A stretch of DNA of 64,000 nucleotides from Haplodiscus bocki (lineage: Eukaryota): the NCBI GenBank assembly GCA_965655095.1, contig OZ296649.1, positions 83,576,001 to 83,640,000 of the forward strand. The letters run 5' to 3'. Under the pieces are notes generated by a model. The model did not search any database, was not told where the DNA came from, and was given only the letters and a program-made list of their open reading frames with translations. Shown here piece by piece: positions 25,408 to 36,801 of the stretch. Every line of letters begins with the position of its first letter. Position 1 is the stretch's first letter. Both the position numbers and the translations under genes were made by a program.

Positions 25408-26188
25408 GATCTCAGCAGACGACAGAACTGGAACATATCTTACGGGATGTTGGCTATTGTTTCAAAAACACGAACGATGAATCTCAGGTCTGGCCTGGAA
25501 GTATTGAATAACACAACATTGGAGAGCGGCTCGAAGCGCAAGGATCTGGTTGTGACAATCTCTTCTAACCTAAATTGGGAAAATCATGTTGATGTACGAT
25601 TTAATCCTCCTCAAGAGCTTTAGACCTTGGAATACACCATCTAGAACGAAGTACAAATTGTTCGAATGTGTTATCTTTTTTGTGGTCAGCTATGATTGTG
25701 CTTTTTACACTCCGAGTCTAGTTGCATTCAAGACAAAGAATTTCTTCCGGAAATTTTGTTTCGAATATGTTTTCACAAATAGAGGAAGTTGCGAGGTTGT
25801 TCTGAAAAACAACGTCCTTGTTGTCTATCCTTTTGAACCTGAATTTTTAACCCTAGTTTTGATTCTGTTGCTTGGAAACTGTGAATAGAATACTGATAAA
25901 ATTGTGTCCCTTGATTTGAGGCCTAGTCCTAAAAGACCATGCGCTTAGATAGAATCCACTACAATTATCATCAATTCCTGAAGCTTCCTCCAGCAGAGAT
26001 GCTATATCATATAATTGTTTGCTTGGACTTTCTGTAATCGATGAGCCCAACCCATCTTGTCTTGTAAAATTGAAAAAATCCTGTTATCAAAAACGTTCGA
26101 CTATTTTTATCCTTTTACATTCTTCATTTGTTGTTGCTGCCATAAGTGCTTTTCTGAGAAGTTTAAATCTGGAAGCTAGTTTAAAGAG

Positions 26189-26194
26189 TCTGTC

Positions 26195-26238
<44 letters not shown>
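26189..26238. repeat. (TC)n/(TCTG)n microsatellite, probable 3' tail of LINE-C
   Basis: tctgtctctgtctgtctgtctctctctc... Confidence 0.8.
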
Positions 26239-26239
<1 letters not shown>

Positions 26240-28008
26240 TTTAATTTGATCTCCGTCGAAGATTATTGAACCAAAAGGAAGAAAAATATAGTTTGCTCAC
26301 GCGACTCGCTTTTAAGGGGGTCTCTGTTGAACAATACTGCTAGAACTTCTGTGGCTTCTGATGCAAAGAATCCACAAAAAATCCATAGTATCGAAAAAGT
26401 GCTTGACTTTTCCCTCAGAAACAAACGATTTGTGCTGAGTTGGTGCAAAAGTAGGTGGGCGAGCCCGGAAAGTTTCAGTTACTCTAATTCAAGCTGGAAT
26501 GCACTACTTTCTTAAAGCACGGTCAATTTTGTAGCCGAAGGAAGAACTTTTAATTACACGAGCTCTATCTAAAATTAAAGATCTCGAAACTGAAGGGACG
26601 GTTCTGAAAAGAGGTTTTGATATCATTGAACTCGGTACACCAGAAAAAAATGAATATCGAAAAGTTGAGATTCTAGGTTTGTGGATTGGTTTTTCAATTG
26701 CATTGACAAGAAACGATTGTTTGTATCTATTAAGAGTTTTTAATCCTGCTCAATTCAAAAACAAATTCCTTGCAACCAATCCATCTCAAGAAGTGGCTAT
26801 GTACTTCGTTTCTCCAAAGCATAGTTGATTTAAAAAAGTTTGGGAAGTTGTTCAATGGACAATTTTTTTCAATAGACAATCTCCATGCAATTCTGTCCCG
26901 GGCAAATTGGGCTGGGAGTAGTTGCATTTTTCTCGAGAAAGACTGCGATACAGTTGTGGTACAGCACCATCTCAGCCGTATTGCGTTCGATAAGATATCT
27001 TTTTGACATTGCATAAATCCTAGCATTACCGGTTTACCATTTGAAGGATATGTATGATCACTTGGGTGCTCATTTAAAAGGTGAAAAATCAGCTTCTGGA
27101 GGGTCCCCCAGATGAACTGTTGGTTTAATTCGAATGTAATTTTGTGTACCACATCTGAGAAAATGCATCTTTCTTTCTGTCTTGTAATGTCACTGATTTT
27201 AGATTGTGGATCTGGTAGCCTTGGTGGCATTGTTTGCCATTTAAAACCAGTCCCAACTAAAAACGGTTTGAAGTGACTGAGGCAGAACTGACTAGAGTCA
27301 ATGGACGATGTCTGGTTGCTCATCCATAGAGCTTTACACAAAAAACTTGGTTGCTTCAATGTTCCCGACGACAATAGGATTAACTTTTCTGTAGAGTAGA
27401 CTCGACAACATCGGAATCTCTCCAATTCTTACTTCAAAGTGGTCTTTTTAGAGTTTTACATAGACCAACCCAAAAAAAATGGGCAAAACACATGAGCTGG
27501 TTTCAAATTTTTTTCCTCAGAAAAAACTTGTGGAGCTTTCGGATCATTTCCTTAGATCCCTGGTTTTTGAAGTCGTTAAACCACATCATCTTAGTAAAAA
27601 ATTGAAACATTGTCTACTTTTCGTGAATCTAGGTAATGTTGCTTTTTTGAAGGATTTTTTGTCTCATTTATTCTCTTTCTTTAAAACTGATGCCTGTTTT
27701 TTTAATGGCTGGAAAGTTTCGAGAAGCCCAATATACGGTCCATTTTTGGAAACTGTATAAACAGCACATTGCTATCACCAGATAAAACCAGATTCAGTGT
27801 CCTGTATTTCAGATAATGAGAAAAAAATCGGCTCGGATTGATTCGATTCCACTAGATACCATACAACTGTTGTTTTTTATGGGTTGCAGTGAAATTAACT
27901 GGAGTTTGAATAACGGTCACAAACCTTTGAAGTTCATAACGTTCACAAACCCTTATTAAATAGTTTTTCAGTTTACTGCATGTCAGAGGCAGCAGTTGTG
28001 GCCTCTTA

Positions 28009-28580
28009 ATGGTTTATATTCTCGGAGGAAGCTGTCTTCATCACGCGATCGAAGCCTGGAAACGGTGTAAACGACGACATCTATTCGATTCGAACATTAT
28101 TGCAATCCCTGGACTGCATTTAAATCGACAGAGCAGAGCCCAGCACAAACTCGTCCAGGTAATCCAAAACGAAGTCTCAGCAGACGAAGGTTTTATTTTG
28201 TGGCACGACGCCATAAATAACTCCATCGGGAAGCACCCAGTCGACCCACGTCCCCCCTGTCCCCTGAAGAACTGGGATCAGAACTCAAAAACCTTAAAGG
28301 TCTGTGCGGCATCGTCTACTGTCAGCGGTCGGGTACCGAAAATATCTACAGCTACCTGGAAGTAACCGGTATCCCAGTCCTCAATCTTCTGAAAGATCTC
28401 CTTTCGAAGCGGAAGCAGAAAGACCAGAAGCTACTCGCGAAATACCAGGAACTCCATCAAGACTACAGACTTGAAATAAAATCCCTTACGTTCCTGAGAA
28501 GTTACGGTGGTGATATCCGTCTGATCAGAAGCAAGAGACAGCGACTCTCCAAAACCAGAAGAGACAAAGGACTCAAGTGA
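28009..28580 (+). pseudogene. LINE-B ORF0, SGNH-hydrolase/esterase-like (~190 aa, one frameshift near 28260)
   Basis: YILGGS / AIPGL / WHDAINNSI; after the shift GIVYCQRSGT...KYQELHQ...GLK*. Order of S, G, N, H blocks resembles SGNH proteins (inference). Confidence 0.65.
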
Positions 28581-28676
28581 GGCTAAGGTAAATAGTTTCC
28601 TTCCTTGTTTCTCCCAGCCTTTTTTTACTGGTGTCTAGGATTAATTTCCCGGGCTGAGGTAAAAGAAACTACAATC

Positions 28677-29588
28677 ATGGTGAGAAAATGCAAGACGTGT
28701 AAAAACAACATTGCTGCCTCGGATAAAACCTTTTGTTGCGTGGGCTGCAACCAGCACATGCATCTTACCACCGAATGCACAGCTTTCTCAAACGTTGCCA
28801 TCAACGGAATCAAGGAACTCGGTAACAATTGCATGCTCATGTGCAACACTTGTCTTGACAATGGAGAACGAGACGTGTTTATTAGATGCAGAGCACAAAC
28901 GAAGGTCGAGTCCGTAATCTCAGACTTGAAAATCGATGAAAAGCTCTCCAATCTGGAAAACAAGTTCTCCGAACTTGTCGACTCGAAACTTGCAAATCTA
29001 ATTTCGAAGTCATGTGACAAAATTGAACAAAACTATGCTAAAGTGACAGCCAAAACGCTCGAGAAAGCTGCCTCCGTGGTAACTTTCTCAAACTCCAAAA
29101 CAAAAGTGAAATCTGAAGATCTCAACATCTCAGCAAGCTTCAGAATACAAGGGATCGCTGAAGATCCCGAGAAAACTGTCCATGAGAATCTTGTCCCAAC
29201 CACCGAAAAAGTCAAAAATATCCTACAATCCTTCAATGTCAATACCGAAATCACTTCAATGAAGCGACTTGGAAAATTTGACAAAACAAGAATCAAACCA
29301 AGGACCCTTCTTGTTACGGTCCGGAATGAGTACGATAAGAAGCTAATCATGGCGAAGAGCGTGGAAAACCGCGAAGTCTTGACGGAGGAGTCCATCTACT
29401 TCCTTCCTGCATTATCAAAGGCTGACGTCATCAAAGAGAATCAAGTGCTGAAAAAGAAAAGAGAACTTCTCGATGAAGGCGTTCCTCGTGAGAAACTAAA
29501 AATTCGCAACTTTGAATTATTCAATGATGGTAAAAAGGTAGCGATGGATGCAACCGAGCTCCCCCCCAAGGAGCAAAGTTCATTTTGA
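28677..29588 (+). CDS. LINE-B ORF1 protein (PHD finger, coiled coil, RRM-like C-terminal region)
   Basis: MVRKCKTC...CCVGCNQHMHLTTEC...LMCNTC; RIQGIAE, KRLGK, KPRTLLVT motifs typical of CR1/L2/Jockey-group ORF1. Open throughout; ATG at 28677. Confidence 0.88.
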   Translation: MVRKCKTCKNNIAASDKTFCCVGCNQHMHLTTECTAFSNVAINGIKELGNNCMLMCNTCLDNGERDVFIRCRAQTKVESVISDLKIDEKLSNLENKFSELVDSKLANLISKSCDKIEQNYAKVTAKTLEKAASVVTFSNSKTKVKSEDLNISASFRIQGIAEDPEKTVHENLVPTTEKVKNILQSFNVNTEITSMKRLGKFDKTRIKPRTLLVTVRNEYDKKLIMAKSVENREVLTEESIYFLPALSKADVIKENQVLKKKRELLDEGVPREKLKIRNFELFNDGKKVAMDATELPPKEQSSF

Positions 29589-32440
29589 CTAGACAATGTA
29601 AGTGTACTACTTTTAAACGCTCGAAGTCTCCTAAACTACGAACGTAGACTCAAACTCAGAAACGCCATTCTTGTTCAAAAGTATAACAATCTGTATCGCT
29701 GAAAGCTGGCTCACTTCAGACATTAACTCGGCGGAGCTCGTCATGAGTGACTTCACCATCTATCGGGCAGACAGACCCTCTACATCCGGCAAACCCTCCC
29801 TCATGGTGGTGTGCTCATCGCCATCAGGAACACTTACTTTTGTGAAGTCACTTTTGCCAATCTCCCCGAATGTTGCCTTCAATGCACAATAAGGATTTCA
29901 GGAGAAGACATTGTGATAAGGGTCTTCTACTCGCCCCCACATGGTAGCCCATACAGATACTCCATAGACGATTTCGTAAATCTGATCAGGGGAACCCCAA
30001 AAGGGAAACCAGTCATAATCTGTGGTGACATCAATTTCCCCGACACAAACTGGGAAACTCGAACCAGCACCGACTCATTCGAACAAGCTGTGATTGACTT
30101 ACTCGATGACCTAATGTATGATCAGTCGATTAATTTTCCCACCTGTGGCTCGCGAACTCTTGATATTGCCTTTTTCTCCAACTGCACCGTAACAGCTGCG
30201 GTAGACGAGAACTTCAATCTTTACAACTGCTCAGATCACCTTGCCATCAGACTGACAATTGAGAGACTGACTTGTTCTGAGAAGATCTTCATAGAAAACT
30301 TCAGAAGCTTCGGGTCAGCCGACTTCAGCAGCCTGCGTGACCACCTCTGCCGGAACCCATTTTCCCCCACTTGTTTTTCCAACATCGACAACACGTGCCT
30401 TGAACTATACCAACATTTTGATCGAGCCATTGACATGTTCGTCCCAACCCGGACGAGACATCGCCAGAGTTTGCCCCCCTGGATAACCTCCGAATCTTCT
30501 CATCTGTTGAAGAAAATGCAAACCCAGAAAAGGTTACTAGCAGCTAAACCTACCAGCTACAGGCGGAACAAAATAGTCGAACTAAAGAACCTAGTTTCCA
30601 AGTCATGTGAAGAAGACAGAGTTCATTACCAGGAGAAACTGTTCAACACGCGCGACACTGGTAGAATTTTCAAGCATTCAAAGTGTCTCAAAAAGACAGC
30701 CAGTCTTCCGTTATCAATGCAATTCAGAAATGAAAGTACTCAAAGTGCCTTCAGAAAAGCGGAAATGTTCAACGATTACTTCCATTCAGTCTTCGCTCCA
30801 AAGGTGGACTACAACTTGAACAACATCCCAGTGAGCAATGTTTCCCTAACAATTTTTAGCATCTCAAAAGCCAAATTACGGAGCATTATCTCTGATCTTG
30901 ACGTAAACAAAACGCGAGGCCCAAATGGCTATCCGCCTTCCTTCTTTGTTAATTCTGGTGAAGGTATGATTCATGCTCTTCATCTCTTGCTCAAAAATAT
31001 AAAAAGATTGCGAAAGATTCCCAAATGCTGGAAGCGCGCTGTTGTTTCGCCCATTCATAAGAAGGGCGAAAATTTCCTCCTGGAAAACTATAGACCAATA
31101 TCACTGCTAGATATTGACAGCAAAATTCTAGAAAAATGCATGTATTCGCCTCTACGAGCACTTTGTTACCTCCCTGAGCTCACGCCAACATGGTTTCGTT
31201 CGCCAGAAATCGACAATAACGAACATGCTCGCTTTCCTCCAAGCTGTCTACAAAGCCCTCGATAAGGATCAACACAGTGATGTCGTAGCTTTTTACACAG
31301 ATTTCAGTAAGGCTTTCGACAAAGTATCCCATTACCTTCTGTTGTGCAAAGTAGCAAGTCTAGGCGTAAATGGTTGTTTGCTCGAACTTCTCCATGATTA
31401 TCTTTCCGACCGAAAGCAATTGTGCGCGTTGACAACGTCAGCTCTCGGCCAAAGGACGTAACTAGCGGTGTCCCCCAAGGGTCCCTCTTGGGACCACTTC
31501 TGTTCTGTATTTTTATAAATGACCTCCCAGAAGCCCTAGCTTTCAGCTACTCATACCTTTTTGCAGATGACCTCAAATTTCTTTCCGTAAACCTAACAGA
31601 ACTCCAAGTGCAAACCGATCTTCAATCACTTGAAAAATGGGTAAATAAGAATCGAATGGCCCTAGCAACAGACAAATGTGCTAAACTGACATTCCGAGGG
31701 AAGGACACAATTTTCAAACTCTTCGGAGAACCCCTGAAAACCGTAGCCAACGTAAGAGATTTAGGCATTACGTTGACCAGCGATCTCACGTGGAACATGC
31801 ACATATCAAAAAAAGTAGCGAAAGCAAACGGTGTTCTCTACTTACTAAGAAGAAATGTCTCAATCTGTAGGTGCTCGAATCAAACTCCTCGGACTCTATA
31901 AATCCCTAGTCTTACCCATTCTTCTCTATGGTATCCAGTGCATTCACCTGTCAAAAGCGTCAATGATCATTCTGGAAAAACTCCAGAAAAGAGCCGTTAA
32001 GTGGATATGCGGAACAGGAAAATATGGACAACAACTTCGCTTTCTGAACATTCTGCCGTTGCCTATGCACATCCAAATTTTGAACCTGCTTACCTTGTCA
32101 AACTTTCGTACCAATTTTTGTACCAGCAACCCCTAAACTGTGACTCTTTTACAGAGTCAAACTGCGCCCTCAAGAAGCAAAGAAGTCTTTTAGCTTCCCA
32201 AAACTAGAACTGAAAAAGGGAGGAACGAATTCGTGTTCAGAACTTCCCGTCTGGCAAACAGAGTAAATCAACACGCAAACTTCGAGGAACCTGTTGGACT
32301 GAAAAGACGTCTGATCAAGCTATTTTGGAGGGTCGTGGAAGCTACCTACGACGAACTCAACTCCTGCACCTGGCTGATTGCGTGCGATTGCCAGAACTGC
32401 AGGGGAAAGTGGACAATTTTCTACACTCAACTCGGGATCA
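29589..32440 (+). pseudogene. LINE-B ORF2 (APE endonuclease + RT), several frameshifts
   Basis: LLLNARS, ICIAESWL, CGDINFP, SDHLAI, NYRPISLL, YTDFSKAFDKV, SGVPQGSLLGPLLF, FADDLK, C-terminal CTWLIACDCQNCR. Confidence 0.93.
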
Positions 32441-34521
32441 AACTCCCCTCAGTTTACTGTAAAGCCTCAACAACAACAACAATAAAGGGTTCAGCAATAC
32501 CTTTTGCAGTTGAAATGAGCACACTCGGAACAATGAGAGGAAAATTCCAGATTGACACAGCTTGTACCGACTTCGTTGGCGAGCAATTCCTGCCAATTTG
32601 AAAAACAGTGGATATTTTCCAACGTGTACGTCCGATTTAGATATTGAAGATGTGGGAGTTTTGGCGTCACGAAGTTTTTGATCTGGACCTGTCCAGATAC
32701 CCGGATATCTCCTTCCTGCAGACTCAAGTAAATTAGTTGTGAACCTCTTGTACTTATTGCGCCTTTTTCTCTCAACCACTTGCTTTCCTTACAGTTGGAA
32801 GCAGATGTATACCGAACCACTACGCAAATAGATAAGCTGGATACTGAAAGCTATTGACCACCTGTGACAAGCTCTTCTAAACATCTCTCAGCTTCGGAAG
32901 TCTAAGTTTCTAGAAATTCGAGCCGATTTCAAAGTCACATGAATCAACATGGTACCTTAAAAAACCATCCATTTCAGTACTACTCCTGGTTTTAATGAGG
33001 CTCCTACAGGCTGAGTTTGAAAGCATAGAAGGGATGTACCAATTTCATGTTGACTTCCCAAAGTCTTTTGACGTAGCGTCATATCATCTGTCGGGAAAAT
33101 GACGAAAATTTTGTATTTGGAGTTCCTTGCTAGAGCCAATAAGCGCTTACCTACGCGCTAGATAACAAATGGTAGTATTCATTGGAATTCCTTCTGATTT
33201 TAATCTTACCAAGTGCAATGCCAGAGAGGTCGATTTTATGTCCACTCCTGTTTTTGATTGTTAATAACCTATTTGACAGTTTTCTGTACAAATTCTGAAG
33301 TTCTCTTCCTTGCTGATTGTAAAATCATCTTGTAAAATGGTGTGTTGATTCTTCATGATTTAGATAAAACTGCAATCTTTATTGAAAATCAATATGTTTC
33401 TGGTTTTTTTCGATAAGTCCGGGTGTAAAAGATCAGAAAATCAACCAATAATCGTATTCGGAGATGAGGATATTCATCTTCTTTTCGAGCCTTTGAAAGA
33501 CATTGGCGTATTTTTTTGTCTCAACGATGTCATCATCATGAACTTTTTTGATTCAGAAACTCTTTCAAGAGGTATATAGTCTTTTGAACGTGAAGAAAAA
33601 TTTAGCAGTTTTTTTTGTCTCCGAGACAGAAATCCATATTGTGAAACGTAGGTCCGTCGCGTCCTATTGTGGCGATTGCAGAAAAGCTTTTCCAACAAAA
33701 CAAATATTGAAAGGCTTGAAATTTTACAAAGTTGGGCGACAAAATTTATTTCGTACAAAAATGAGTAGAAAGAAGGCCTGTATTCTGCATTGTTATTTTC
33801 CGCCGTAATATATTACGAAAGGATTATCAACTCAAAATGTAGACTTTTTCTCCAGTGATTTGCCAATCTGGTTGTGTCAACTGTGAAACTTTCCAAAAGA
33901 ATTTTCCGCTATAAATGTTCCCCTGGACACGACACGTAGAATGTAATTTTGAGATTACCAGTTTTTGTCTAAAACTTTACTTACTGAGCTAAGAGCGAGC
34001 CTCATCACACCGTAGGCTGTCTAGTTTGTCCGGAAATTTTCATTTTTGAGCATTTTCTGACCCACCGTCGATGGAAAATATCGCAACTCAACTGCGCCTC
34101 TTGTCACCCATTTCTCAGCTCACCCATTTTTCAGCTCTATGATGTGCTTTTCCTGTACTTCATTCTGAATTTCAACATTGTGTTGAAAGTCAGATTTGTT
34201 TAGTGTCGATGGAAACCATTCGAAAGAACACGACATTCGTCTATCATCAATATCTTTCACAGAATCCAATAAATCGACTCCAAACGACCGAAATCTTTTC
34301 CTTCTCAAGAGTCATAAAATGGGGAATTATGTGAATCTCAATAGCGATATCGATTTCACACGAGAAAAGCCTTCGACCACGATTCGAAGTTTTTATGGGA
34401 ATATTTTTGAAATTTCTGCAATCGAGATACTATTTTTTCTTGAAAATAAATGTCACATTTCAATGATTCATTTCAAATCCTTGTCGGTTTGTGTGTAAGG
34501 TTTGTTCCAGAACAAAATGAA

Positions 34522-34796
34522 ATGGAAGTGACAAACGACGTGAATGAGCTTCAAGTGCTTCTTCGGGAAAAAGATGCAGAATTGTATGCACTGACACAGC
34601 TTTTGAAAAATCGGGAACTTGAGATCGAACAATTAAGAAGTAAACTTCACCAATATCAATCTATTATCCAGCTTTCGAGCCAACCATTTTCAAAGGGTCG
34701 AGCTTATGGAATTTCGGCAGAAAGCTGTAAAGCGGGTACTAATGACGTATACAGCCTGAAACAGCTTGAGTTGGCGAAATTCTTTAAATCTGACAG
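34522..34796 (+). CDS. PRKG1: cGMP-dependent protein kinase I, alpha-like first coding exon (copy 1)
   Basis: EIEQLRSKLHQYQSII / RAYGISAES / AKFFKSDR match vertebrate PKG I-alpha EIQELKRKLHKCQSVL / RAQGISAEP / RKFTKSER (recalled). Phase-2 donor AG|GTTAAC at 34797; upstream acceptor-like tttgttccag (34510); alternative in-frame ATG at 34450. Confidence 0.85.
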
Positions 34797-36526
34797 GTTA
34801 ACTTGAAAAAAAATATATCTTCGATTTGGTTTAAGATTCGATGATTGTACTGCCGTCAAGTAAATTCCAACCCAATTGCCGGTTCCATCGATAGATAAAG
34901 CTGTGCGCAAATCTTCGCAGCCGTGTTTAATTTGCTATAGAAGCATTGGAGCAACTAGTTAGGATATGAGACGCATTATAAGTACACTCGAAAAAGTTCT
35001 GCACACGCAAATGTTTAATGTTTGTGAAATTGTTTCTAAATTGGTAGGTGCTCAACAGTTTTCAGTTGCTCAACAATAAACATCTCGAAGTTATTTCACA
35101 CAAATGTTTCGAAAAGCAACCAAAACTTCTTTCATCGCACAAAGTTTACACATCATCATAAGAATTGATGAACAGTACGGCGAAGAACTCAACAAGCAAA
35201 CTATTGGAAAATTTTACTGTGACTAATTTGTGAAATGTTTCGACTTCCGAAACAAATGCTCCTTGAAAATTGCGGAAACTGCAACAATTGGAAAAAGATA
35301 TGTACAAACCTTATGAACTACACGGACCGAGTACGAGTTCTAACTCATACGCAAATTTCTACTTCTATTTCTACTAAATAATCTTGCTCCGCAACTTTTC
35401 TCAATATGAACGCGGACCAACAAAGTTTGGAGCCGAGCAGGGGGCAAGAACCATTACTCGTATTCGGAGATGAGGATATTTATCTTCTTTTCGAGCCTTT
35501 GAAAGACATTGGCGTATTTTTTTGTCTCAACGATGTCATCATCATGAACTTTTTTGATTCAGAAACTCTTTCAAGAGGTATATAGTCTTTTGAACGTGAA
35601 GAAAAATTTAGCAGTTTTTTTGTCTCCGAGACAGAAATCCATATTGTGAAACGTAGGTCCGTCGCGTCCTATTGTGGCGATTGCAGAAAAGCTTTTCCAA
35701 CAAAACAAATATTGAAAGGCTTGAAATTTTACAAAGTTGGGCGACAAAATTTATTTCGTACAAAAATGAGTAGAAAGAAGGCCTGTATTCTGCATTGTTA
35801 TTTTCCGCCGTAATATATTACGAAAGGATTATCAACTCAAAATGTAGACTTTTTCTCCAGTGATTTGCCAATCTGGTTGTGTCAACTGTGAAACTTTCCA
35901 AAAGAATTTTCCGCTATAAATGTTCCCCTGGACACGACACGTAGAATGTAATTTTGAGATTACCAGTTTTTGTCTAAAACTTTACTTACTGAGCTAAGAG
36001 CGAGCCTCATCACACCGTAGGCTGTCTAGTTTGTCCGGAAATTTTCATTTTTGAGCATTTTCTGACCCACCGTCGATGGAAAATATCGCAACTCAACTGC
36101 GCCTCTTGTCACCCATTTCTCAGCTCACCCATTTTTCAGCTCTATGATGTGCTTTTCCTGTACTTCATTCTGAATTTCAACATTGTGTTGAAAGTCAGAT
36201 TTGTTTAGTGTCGATGGAAACCATTCGAAAGAACACGACATTCGTCTATCATCAATATCTTTCACAGAATCCAATAAATCGACTCCAAACGACCGAAATC
36301 TTTTCCTTCTCAAGAGTCATAAAATGGGGAATTATGTGAATCTCAACAGCGATATCGATTTCACACGAGAAAAGCCTTCGACCACGATTCGAAGTTTTTA
36401 TGGGAATATTTTTGAAATTTCTGCAATCGAGATACTATTTTTTCTTGAAAATAAATGTCACATTTCAATGATTCATTTCAAATCCTTGTCGGTTTGTGTG
36501 TAAGGTTTGTTCCAGAACAAAATGAA

Positions 36527-36801
36527 ATGGAAGTGACAAACGACGTGAATGAGCTTCAAGTGCTTCTTCGGGAAAAAGATGCAGAATTGTATGCACTGAC
36601 ACAGCTTTTGAAAAATCGGGAACTTGAGATCGAACAATTAAGAAGTAAACTTCACCAATATCAATCTATTATCCAGCTTTCGAGCCAACCATTTTCAAAG
36701 GGTCGAGCTTATGGAATTTCGGCAGAAAGCTGTAAAGCGGGTACTAATGACGTATACAGCCTGAAACAACTTGAGTTGGCGAAATTCTTTAAATCTGACA
36801 G
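36527..36801 (+). CDS. PRKG1: cGMP-dependent protein kinase I, alpha-like first coding exon (copy 2)
   Basis: Same peptide as copy 1 (one synonymous CAG>CAA change); same donor at 36802. Confidence 0.82.

Larger units (their letters stand above)
19100..26240 (+). mobile_element. Heavily decayed CR1/L2-like LINE (LINE-C), interrupted by the hAT and Copia insertions
   Basis: RT remnants: ENYRPISLLPKVS (~22040), GVPQGP...WLFADDSKLLF (22410-22530). FQDDL|SRRQNW continues across the Copia TSD. ORF1-like remnants (PRNLFLKV, IFPV..FENEI) flank the hAT. (TC)n tail at the end. Confidence 0.7.
27961..32482 (+). mobile_element. Near full-length CR1/L2-like non-LTR retrotransposon (LINE-B), three-ORF layout
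   Basis: ORF0, PHD ORF1 and APE-RT ORF2; (CAA)n 3' tail 32468-32482; candidate 4-bp TSD TAAA (27957-27960 and 32483-32486). Confidence 0.93.
26730..33540 (-). pseudogene. Decayed minus-strand coding sequence (possibly transposon-borne) split by LINE-B, with RING-like Cys/His remnant near its 3' end
   Basis: ORFs 32957-33139 and 32438-32779 share one frame, which reads on (VLLNPL|IRVCERYELQRF...) across the reconstructed empty site. At 26880-27015 a frameshifted QCQ...YHNCIAVFL...ICPGQNC. Confidence 0.4.

Noticed and set aside
28625-29395. Antisense ORFs 28625-29020 and 29033-29395
   Set aside because: Shadows of LINE-B ORF1 codon structure.
34196-34498. 100-aa ORF (and its duplicate 36201-36503) upstream of the PKG exon
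   Set aside because: Non-ATG start and no homology recognised; recurs only because of the duplication.
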